Assembly: GCF_006345805.1 (NCBI RefSeq)
Contig: NW_021832555.1
Coordinates: forward strand, 1 to 61,253
Direction of reading: 5' to 3'
Source: Octopus sinensis
Lineage: Eukaryota
Length of the DNA stretch: 61,253 bases
Shown in pieces: positions 50,724-61,253 of the stretch. Numbering within the stretch: the first letter of the stretch is position 1; every line of letters starts with the position of its first letter. The notes under the pieces were generated by a model. It was not told the origin of the DNA. It searched no databases and worked only from the letters and a program-made list of their open reading frames with translations. Position numbers and translations under genes: made by a program.

Positions 50724-51110
50724 TATTTCTTTACTGCCCACAAGGGGCTAAACACAGAGGGGACAAACAAGGACAGACAAAGGGATAAAGTCGATTACAT
50801 CTACCCCAGTGCGTGACTGGTACTTAATTTATCGACCCCGAAAGGATGAAAGGCAAAGTCGACCTCGGCGGAATTTGAACTCAGAACATTAGGACGGACG
50901 AAATACCTATTTCTTTACTACCCACAAGGGGCTAAACACAGAGGGAACAAACAAGGACAGACAAAGGGATAAAGTCGATTACATCTACCCCAGTGCGTAA
51001 CTGGTACTTAATTTATCGACCCCGAAAGGATGAAAGGCAAAGTCGACCTCGGCGGAATTTGAACTCAGAACGTAGCGGCAGACGAAATACGGCTACGCAT
51101 TTCACCCGGC
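50724..51110 (-). mobile_element. Head-to-tail SINE A2 dimer (184-bp period)
   Basis: Units 50724-50907 and 50908-51110 share the private variant catctacccc. The junction is AAAGAAATA|GGTATTT in element orientation. Confidence 0.92.
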
Positions 51111-51541
51111 AAGAGTATAAGAAAGCTCTTCCAATAGTTAATAATATCATCAATCCTTCAGCAATATCCTTCTTGTTGTTATCCTCCTGGTCCCCATTCC
51201 TTTCAGCAACAATAAAAACAATAACAGTGATAAATACGACCAGACTAACCAAAATAGCTAACTACTCCAACAATAACAACAACATCAGCTATCAGCAACA
51301 GCATCATCCGAACCGAAGAACGCCAGCCAACTACAAATAGCAGCTAAACTTCCCTCAAATCACAAACTACCGACACAGAAAATGGGAGGGGCATTATATG
51401 ATGTAATCATAGATTCTTGACGGGGTTGGCACGGTTTGAACGCTCTTTATCATGTGTTTCGTGGATCACTGCTGCTCTCTCTCTCTGGCTAAGCTTATGC
51501 ATCATTAAAATACGCCAAAGCAGTAAGTAATAAATAGCATC

Positions 51542-51573
<32 letters not shown>

Positions 51574-52084
51574 CACCACAACCAATACCACCACTATTAC
51601 TACTACTACCACCACTAGCACTACTACTACTAACACCACTAGCACTACTACTACTACTACCACTACCACCACTGTTGCTGGCCAAAGACGTAAATGAATA
51701 AAAAAAAATCGTAAGATAAAACAACAAACACAAATGCTCCTTGGGTTACAATCCTTTGTTGTCGTTGCTGTTGTTGTTGTTGCAAAGGGTGTAGTGTTAT
51801 TAGTATTACAGTTGTTGTTGATGATGATGATGATAATGATGATACGGCAATGGTGTTTGGTAGTAATGGAGGAAAAGGATGCTCTCTGTGTCTTCGCCAT
51901 GTTTACAAATACACATGGTAGCACAAAGTAAATAAGAGACATTAACTGATAAAATTGTTTAAAAAAAATTGTACACGTCAGTTATTTTTTGTTGTTTTTG
52001 TATTGGTTCTTTGTGCCCTCGTCTTTCTTTGTGCGCATGTGGTGTTCCGGGTTTTGTATGTATACATAATATACACACACACAC

Positions 52085-52115
<31 letters not shown>

Positions 52116-52854
52116 TTATATATATGTGTATATATATATATATATACACACACACACATATATATATACATATATACACACACAAACATACACGTTTGTG
52201 TGTAGATCTTACAAAACCGAAAGCGCATTGTAGTTTGTGTAACAAACATAAAGACACCGACAACAATAATATCACCACCACCACCACCACCGCCACCACC
52301 TCAACACAATCATCGTCATCATCACCACCACCACCAGCATCATCATCATCATTACCAACAATGGCTGCTGTGTAATGATTCAGTGTTGTGTTTTGGAAAT
52401 GAACCACGAATTTCAACGAAACGCACAGACGGAACGATCCCCTCCTACTCCCTTTTAGCGATCCGCAACCTTTGTTTTATTCTTTCACTCCTACTCTTTC
52501 TTTCATCATTTCCCCCTTATTCTTTATTTTCTCGTTCTCATCCCCACCCACCCACCACCACCTCCAATCTCTTCTTTTCTCTTCGTATATTTTTCTCCAC
52601 CCACCTTTTTTTTCTTTTCTTTTTGTTTCAATGAAGTTGCAAACTTGCAAGCATCAGAAATCTAGTTCGGTGCTTCTATTTATTCTACCATCTTCACCAC
52701 CCCCCACTCTAGGCCCCCGTCCCGACCAATATTTGCGCATTCAGACATCGTAGACATAATCTCATCATTGTATCATTATATGTGTGTGTGTGTATGTGTG
52801 TGTATTATATGTGTGTGTGTGTGTAGTTAGATACATACAATATATATATAGTTG

Positions 52855-52919
<65 letters not shown>

Positions 52920-53989
52920 CAGTAATTATAACTCAGAACCAATAATTTATAGTTTATGTTCATGCTTTTTACCAAATGCAGTACCCGGGAAAGAAAGTGC
53001 ATCGTAACATTAACAACCAGGAATTGAAACCGGGTCGCAAAATCGATTTGCCCCACCTTGACAAGGTTTTTTCTTTTGTATTTATTTTGTTTTTCCGTTC
53101 CTACCCTTTGGTGTATAAAGAACACCTGACTCTTCACTATTGCCTGTCTATCTATCTTTGACCTTTACATATATCTGGCTAAACAAATAAAAACATAAGA
53201 GCCTTCCCCCTCCATCTTATTCCTCCTCATTCTCTCTCTCTCTCACTCATTTCTGTCACATTGAAAATTGACTCACATCTTTGATAAGGGGGAAACTAAC
53301 TTCAACATTGCACGTGTTTAGATAGTAAATTTTTTACCTGTGTAAACATGGCTGTTATCATAATGAATGATAGAGACGTATGTGTGAGTGTTACTAGCCG
53401 TGTACATGTGTAAGCGCGCGCATGGGTCTGTATGTGCGAGCGTTTGCGTGTGCGTGCGTGTATTCATACATATCTTTGTGTCCCTGTGTGTGTACAATCT
53501 TCTCAGGCAACACAGCTATGATGGGTTTCACTTCCTCCCCTCGCCAACCCATCTCCTTTCAAGGTAGCTAATAATTATTATTGACAAAGTCGCATCACCG
53601 AACGTTTCGCCATTGGATTCAGTTGTTTCATATACATGACAAATAAACTCCGTTCATTCATTATCTTCAAGCCTCCTTTAATAACAAGTTTGTGACTCGC
53701 GAAGTCAAATAAATAAATAAATAATCTTCCTTCATTTACATTTTTTTCCCTTTCAGAACTCAAAGAAAACATCACGAATTAGAAACTAGAGCCATCAACT
53801 TTTTCCAGTGTGTGTGAACGTGGACGGAGAAAATATTCCAGTGGAGTGATGTTTAGGGGAAAAACATCTAGAGAGGTACGAGTATGAGGGTTAAATAAGA
53901 GCCGAAGGGGTTAGATGCACCAAGAGCAACAAAAAGTAGAAAGACGAAGAGGTCGGGGTTCCCTAATCATGGAGATACAAGAGCAGCCA

Positions 53990-54850
53990 GCTTGAGAAGC
54001 AGAGACATTAAGATCCACAGAGAAAAGACAATACAATTGCAAAGTAGTCTGGAACGTCTGTGTGCATAGCAGCAGCACTCGACTGTGGATCTCCCTTGAG
54101 CTTTGTACAATGTTGGGAGATGAATTTTTTTCTGGCCCTGAAGAGAGAGCAAGACTTTGAGATATGATCTTAGCTAATATAAAATATATTTTTCGCGAGG
54201 GGAAAGCGTCTCTAATAGTGAGGCCATAGGATTTGAAGTGACCGTGAAGGCTCCAGTTGAATGTCCTTCATGTATTGCAGGGATGTGGTAGTATTGTTTT
54301 GATAAGTAGTGCTTGAGATTTTTTACTCTTAGAAGAAATAAAATTCCCATGGCCTCACTGAAAGATGTTCTCTAGAATCAATGCATGATTTGAGTTGTTT
54401 AGAGTGGATGCGGAGGGGAACTTTAGGGAGGAAGAATCAAAGTTCATGTCATCTGCATGAGCGTGGGTGTTGTTGGATGTGGTGGTAAGAAGGTCATTCA
54501 TGTATAGAGAAAAGCGAGTGGAGGAACGCCAAAGTAAATTGTCAGGAAGGGCTCCGTCAACAAATTCCGCAAAACTGTGATCAGATAGGAAGCTACTGAT
54601 CAAAGGGATGCGGGGTAGAGTTCTATTGCTCTCACCATTTCATTTTGATGCCAGACATGGCCGAATGATTTGTTGATGCCCAGAGCAAAGCATTGTTTTC
54701 ACTTAACTTCTCTAAAGTGAGAGGCCACCAATGAGCGAAAGAAACAAGGTCACCAGTAAATCTGGTCCCGCGGAAGACATACAGGTGGTCACTAAAGAGA
54801 GAGACTGAAGGTTTTGAAGAACGCCAATGTTAATAAAGGTGGCATCGTGT
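53990..54850 (-). mobile_element. Decayed CR1/L2-group LINE reverse-transcriptase remnant
   Basis: Frameshifted motifs in order: FSDHLYVFR, FTGDL, FALGINKSFGHVWH (cf. ALDISKAFDRVWH), ISSFLSD, FSLYMNDLL..HAHADD (cf. F..FINDL..YADD), TLYKAQ.R..VEC. Confidence 0.85.
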
Positions 54851-55425
54851 GGTTCATTCGGCCTGTTAGAAATAGCAGTCAGTCTCCTTCAAATCACACT
54901 TTATTGTCTTTAGAAAAAGGAGACGTGAGACTAGATTTATAGTAAGTCACACTTTACCACTTCATCCTCAACACCACCACTAGATATACACTCACACATA
55001 CACACCGCCACCGCCGCTGTCACCAACATCGTCATCTATATTTGAATCAGATCAGTAACGCTACAGATAAGAACCAACAAGTCTCTCTCTCCCTCCCTCT
55101 TTCTCTCTCTCTCTCTTGCATCTATTAACTTAGAATAGTCTAAGAAGAGAACGCTATCAAACTCACCATTGAATTGAGGCACCTATGATACTGCGAAACC
55201 TTTAGTCACCACGACATCCTTCACTATACAAGATAGTAAAGGCCAGTGTTACCCCCGCCATCACCGAAGCAACAACGCAATCACCACTGCTACACTATGC
55301 AAGGCGGTATTTATGTACCAGGGGTACTACCATAAGTATCACAGCCACCCTACACTATAGAGGATGGTAGTACGTGAAAATTCTGCAACAACTAGAACAA
55401 GAGCTGCCATCACTACACTTTAGAA

Positions 55426-55578
55426 CAGTCGTGGGAACGTTGCGGCCCGCGGGACTTTTTGAATGGTACCCGTAACGAAAAACAGCCTTGCATTTATTTT
55501 TTTTTAGAAACATGACCACCCTATATGATCAGCCATGTCTCACGAGGCCCGCATCTCGATAAAGTTCGCCCGTTACTG
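55426..55578. mobile_element. Small hAT-type MITE, degenerate
   Basis: CAGTCGTGGGAAC.TTGCGGCCCGCGG ... GGCCCGCATC..GTTCGCCCGTTACTG. The left flank ctttagaa fits the hAT target; the right flank matches only 4/8. Confidence 0.6.
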
Positions 55579-55632
55579 CGTATAAAAGGATTATCCTATA
55601 TGAAGTTAAGTTGCACTACTATGGTCACTGCA

Positions 55633-55664
<32 letters not shown>

Positions 55665-56312
55665 AGTATACAAGATGGCAGTATGTGAAGCCAGTACATA
55701 AACCACCATCCCCACCATCGCTACCGCCACTGCTATAGAGACACCACAATCACTCCCACCACCACCACTACATTATACAAGGTGGTAACATGTGAAACCA
55801 GTGCTGTCAGCCACAGATTATTTACATAGCACCACGCTTCAGTTGGCAAGCACACCGAGTGTATCGGAGCTGAAGCGTAACGAAATACAACACCACAGAT
55901 ATCTACTCTCCCTTTGTCTCTCACCCTACACATAAACATGTAGATCTCTACCCGTATACACACACACACACACACTTGTACGACTCAAAATATTTCAATT
56001 AACACCCTGCCATTATAATAACCTGAGGATATATTTATCATAGATATATCTATTTGTATATTTTTCAGCCCCCTATGCCAGACTATCACGAAGTAACCTA
56101 CCTGTCTAGCCAAGAATCTGTCTAGTTATCATTTCATCTATCTATCTATCTGTCTAGTTATCATTCTATCTATCTATCTATCTATCTAATCTTAGTCTAT
56201 GCCTCAGTAATTTCATATTCTCTTATAATATAATCGCATGTACAACTCGTTCGTTTTTCACGTACACGTGTCTACGTATGCCAGTATTATATATAAGTAT
56301 ATATATAATAAG

Positions 56313-56366
<54 letters not shown>

Positions 56367-56683
56367 CACACACACACCTACAAAAGTAGACAAATGAATA
56401 TAATTTATTGAGGTACACACACATGTATATATATCGTTTCTGTATATACTTAGCTATTGACAATCTGTCCGTAAGTGAATACAAGTCAATATATTCGCCG
56501 CATTCAGCAAAAATGAATACAAATATAACGATAATGGTTTCTAAATTTGAAACAAGGTCACACATTTGCTTCTATCGATTTAATGACTTTTAGTACTTGA
56601 TTGATATATATTTTATCGATCTCAGCACGATGAAACGTTAAATAAACTTCTACGTGTACTGACCTAATAATTAATTATTACTG

Positions 56684-57683
56684 AGATGACAGAATCGTTA
56701 GAGTGTCAGACAAAATACGTGGTAGCATTTCTTCCGGTTTTTTTTTTTTTTTTGCATTCCGCGTTAAAATTCCGCCAAGGTCTTAGTTTTGCCTTTCATC
56801 CTTTCAGGGTCAATGAAATAAATACCAGTTGGGCATAGGGGGCGATATAATCGATTTTTTTCTCCCCTCGAAGTCGTTGGCCTTGTTCCAGAAATTAGAG
56901 TTATTGTTAAGGTGGCTTGCTAACAATCGTTTGCGCGTCGGACAAAATGCATTGCGTTTTTTCCTTCTGGCTCTTTACGTTCTGAGTTCAAATCCCGCTG
57001 AGGTCAATTTTACCTTTCACCCTTTTGAGGTCGATAAAATAAGTACCAGCTGATTGCTGTGGTCAATGCAATCGACTATACCCCTGCCCCAAATTTCAGA
57101 CCTTCTGCCTATAATAGAAAGGGTTATTATTGTTGTTGTTGTTGTTACTATTATCTTTATTATTATTATTATTATTAAGGCGGCGAGCTGGCAGAATCGT
57201 TAGCACGCCGGGCAAAATGCTTAGCGGCATTTCGTCCGTCTTTACGTTTTGAGTTCAAATTCCACCGAGGTCGACTTTGCTTTTCATCCTTTCAGGATCG
57301 ACACATTATTAAACACCGGTGAAACACTGGGGGTCGATGTAATCGACTGGTCCTCTCTCCACCAAATGTCAGGCCTTGTGTCTTCAGCAGAAAGGATATG
57401 GCTTCATTTTAAGTGAGCAATGGGGCTCTACTTGATTAACTAAATCGAATCTAGTACTTCTACTAACAGGTGAAAATTAGTGTTGGTTGCGACAGTCTTT
57501 GAACCGATAAGCGATCTTGACACAAGGTCAGCTATTTGGAGGGAACGGGTAAATCGATTACATCGAAGCCAGTGTTCAACTGGTAATTATTTTATCGAAA
57601 GAATGAAAGGCAGAGTCGACCCCGCCGGCGTTTGAACCCAGAATGTAATGACGGACGGAATGTCAGTAAGCATTTTGTCCGAC
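56684..57683. mobile_element. Cluster of four SINE A1 copies: + 56684-56900, + 56908-57125, + 57177-57397, - 57511-57683
   Basis: Each shows the head, core and tail motifs; the 57177 copy is near consensus. Confidence 0.85.
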
Positions 57684-57984
57684 ATAAGCGAAAAACAATA
57701 ATGAAAGACAGCTTTCTCTTGCCATCGCTTACTGTTCTCACCTTGCCATACCTAGATATGTAGTGTCCTTTTGCAGTCTACTTTTTTTCCATTTTTTTAA
57801 TAGAAATATTTAGGATAGTGTAAAATATTAGATTTAGGAAAATATGCTAAAAGATCCGCCCGTGTATGTGTATGGGTGTGTAATTCATTCATCTGGAAAT
57901 TTCATTCTCAGCACCCGTTAGATTACCAATTCGGATTACATCATTGTGTGTGTGTGTGTGTATATATGTATATATATATATATA

Positions 57985-58380
57985 TGACGGGCTTTCAGTT
58001 TCCGCCTACTAAATCCACTCACAAAGTTTTGGTCAGCCCAAGGCTATATTGGAAGACACTTGCCCAAGGTGCCACGCAGTGGGACTGAACCCGGACCCAC
58101 GTTGTTGGGAAGCAAGCTTCTTACCACACAACCACGCCTCTGCCTATATATATAAATACATACATATGTGTGTGTGTGTTCTTTGTCCTCCACTACTGTT
58201 TACAATTGGTGTCTGATTATATCTCCGTAACATAGCGGTTCGGCAAAGGCAAACGATAGTATAAAAACCAGACTTAAAGAAATGTCCTGGGGTCGATCCT
58301 TTCAAGTAAAACCCTCCAAGTTAGTGCCCCCGCATGGCCGCAGCCTAATGACTGAAGCAAGCAGAAATTACAAAAGATAC
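57985..58380. mobile_element. SINE B1 with inverted 5' half (57985-58145 minus; 58167-58380 plus)
   Basis: Reverse-complement head and core are immediately followed by TA/TG repeats and the forward 3' half. Confidence 0.8.
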
Positions 58381-59021
58381 TATATATATATGTGTGTGTG
58401 TGTGTGTGTATTGCACATACATTTTTATGTATACACATATATTTTTATGTATGATATGTATAAATATATGTATGTGTGTATACACACATGTACTCGTATA
58501 TTTAATATTTGTGTTGACGAACGTGATATAACAACCATGTAAGTTTTCCTGTTGATATGTGCATACCATTATTGCAAAAATATACACATACATACCTTAA
58601 TTATAAAAGCTTCTACACACATGTGTATGTGAAGTTGTATATATTTATTTACATTGTGTGTGTATGTATGTGCGTTTACATTACACACCTACATATAGCT
58701 ATTCTGGTATTTAACTCCAACAGATGTTTTACAAATGTCGGACTTAACCATACAGCATATACACCCATTCAAATTGACATACATGCGCCCCAGCGCTTTC
58801 ATGTTTCAACATATACATAAAACATACACAAAGGTAAATAAATGATAGAGTCGTACATATGAATGTGAAGAAAAATATTAGATATATAGGTATATAATCT
58901 ATTGTAGCTAACCATACTGGGGTACTGCTTAAATCGAACAAGTCAAGAAAGATACTAATTATATATACATATGCACATATATATATATATATCTATATAT
59001 TACTCCGTCTCTCTCTCTCTC

Positions 59022-59065
<44 letters not shown>

Positions 59066-59372
59066 TCTCTCTCTCTCTTCATATATATATATATATATCT
59101 ATATATATATATATATATATATATAGTGAGAGAGAGAGAGAGAGAGAGAGAGAAAAAAGACCAACATAAAAATAAGACTTTAAATGATGATACCTTAATT
59201 TACATGTATGTGTGTATATATATATATGCGTATGTACGTATCTTCAATCTATCTATCTCTCTCTCTCTTTATATATATATATAAATACAAGGGACAAGAA
59301 CGCAAAACATTCAAATAGACGACACAAAAAACGGACGGGTCATTCGAAGACTATCTTCAGTCCCACACACAC

Positions 59373-59420
<48 letters not shown>

Positions 59421-59444
59421 TAGAGAGAGAGAGAGGAGAGAGAG

Positions 59445-59523
<79 letters not shown>

Positions 59524-59780
59524 TGATAGATAGATAGACACGCACATACATATGCGTGCATGTGTGCGAAACGATGTATACAAATAGAGCGAATGAGTGT
59601 GAAGATTTGCAGATATCCGAGTGTATCTTTTTTAAAAACCAACCGGAGTTTGGCAGACTCTTCCCAGAGTTATAACGGCTGTAATGGTGGTGGTCGTAGA
59701 TAATGACGGTGGCAGTAGTAGTAGTGGAGCGATTTAGAAGGTAATGATGAATGCTAAGAGAGAGATATTCATGTGTAACA

Positions 59781-59973
59781 GTGGAGGCGCCGTTGTCGTC
59801 ACCCGGCACCGACATCAACAGCAGCGCGGCCCGGCGTGACATGCGCCTGCGCTCTGCTGTACTGTAACAGTTGCATCAGCGACGGCGGCGGCGGCAGAGG
59901 TGGTGACGCAGTCCGTTAAAGGTTTGGCGGTGAAACTGTCAACAGCAATTAGAAAGGAAGCGAAACGCAGCTG
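59781..59973. promoter_or_regulatory. CpG-rich non-repetitive island, candidate enhancer or alternative promoter
   Basis: About 21 CpGs in about 190 bp (hand count) in an AT-rich window. Contains NRF1-like TGCGCCTGCGC, E-box CAGCTG and CTGTCA; no credible ORF. Confidence 0.4.
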
Positions 59974-60220
59974 AATGTTATTCACACTTCACGTATGCAT
60001 ACATACATGTACGTGTGCGTGCGTGTATGCATGTATATATATATATATATTTATTATATGAAAATTTCGTGGCTGTAGAGAAATGATGGCAGCGGTAGTT
60101 TTTGTTATTGTGGGTGGAATTTAAGTCAAGGTAGGTGTGGTTGTTCATCAGTGGGACTGGCGGCTGATAGGAGTGGAGTGATGGAAGTGTGCTTTCTACT
60201 AATTCATCTTATATAAATAT

Positions 60221-60285
<65 letters not shown>

Positions 60286-60903
60286 GGGATGGGTGTTGAT
60301 TTTAGGTACATATAAAAAAAAACGTAATGCTGTTTATATTTCGATTAGCTTAGGAGCAACGCGAGTTGAAGGACTTTTAAGTTTCAATACAATCTATTAC
60401 TCTATCATCTATATATCTACAATTTATTTCCCCTCTCTCTCTCTCACGTATGTATGTATGTGCGTATATATATATATATATAAATATACACAAGAAAAAA
60501 GCAACAAGAATGGATTAGTTGTTCAGTACAATATATATATATATGTATGTATGTATTAATGTATGTATAACTTTCTCCAGCACCATCTTTTATTTTATCT
60601 ACCTTTCTTCTGCTCTGCCTCTCTAATACAGTTTAATTAAGATGTCAGCTGACATCTTTTTTTTTTTGGTTGCAATGTTTACAAGCAGAAATAGAAAAGA
60701 AAAATGAATCAATAGTTATTGTTTGTTTTATTTTTCTTTAAATTAACAAATTTTATTACAAGAAATGTCAGACAAGCAAATCCAACACTCAATTTTCGGT
60801 GGAAGGAAAACAGTCTTATTAATAATATTATTTCTTACACAATACATACAGCGAAGAATGAAAGTACACTCCATTTATACATATATATTTTGTTTTTATG
60901 GAT

Positions 60904-60951
<48 letters not shown>

Positions 60952-61253
60952 GTCACACCACATATATACACTGACGGACGAAATACATATATGCATGTTC
61001 TTCTTGTAATAAAATTTTTAATTTAAAGACAAAAAAAAGCTATTGCTTCTTTTATTTTTTCTGCTTGTAAACATTGCAAATAAGAGTTCAACCGCTTTCT
61101 TAATTAAACTGTATTAGAAGCAGAGCAGGAGAAAGACAAAGAGATGGTGCAAGAGAAAGTGAGATAGATAGAGAACATGAGAGAGAGAGAGAGAGGAGTA
61201 TGGTTTTGATTCACTCTGGTAGAGATTTAGAGAAGGATGATAGAGAGAAGAGA

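Noticed and set aside
52859-53161. Overlapping 92-aa and 61-aa ORFs in moderately complex sequence
   Set aside because: No recognisable domain or splice context; the lengths are within chance expectation.
53330-53370. Minus-strand ...CAT GTT TAC ACA G|GTAAA resembling the HT/G donor of Zic exon 1
   Set aside because: The upstream frame reads SIIHYDNSHVYT, not ZF3 (ARSENLKIHKRTHT).

Overview
AT-rich, microsatellite-dense eukaryotic DNA, almost certainly from an octopod cephalopod (inferred from the SINE families and the simple-repeat density). The only host coding sequence is the last coding exon of a Zic/odd-paired C2H2 zinc-finger gene on the minus strand (27843-28438). It encodes zinc fingers 4-5, a poly-Q/H tract and the conserved NLSEWYVCQ motif. 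The exon carrying ZF1-3 is not in the window, so 28439-61253 is most likely one intron of at least 32.8 kb and 1-27842 is 3' UTR plus downstream DNA. The rest is about 30 copies or fragments of two modular tRNA-headed SINE groups (called A and B here), RTE-, CR1- and possibly R4-type LINE remnants, four hAT-type MITEs, Penelope-like termini, a tRNA-Gly relic, local duplications and simple repeats. Nearly all ORFs in the track are microsatellite artefacts. Most notable: (1) a 247-bp fold-back in the Zic intron whose two arms each carry a type-I hammerhead-ribozyme-like motif; (2) a second minimal hammerhead-like motif in Zic-sense orientation; (3) a SINE with a twin-priming-like inversion; (4) SINE units joined by a recurring fixed junction; (5) several non-repetitive motif clusters that are candidate Zic enhancers. 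All of this was read by eye. Repeat boundaries are approximate to about 10 bp unless a target-site duplication (TSD) or terminal inverted repeat (TIR) is given.
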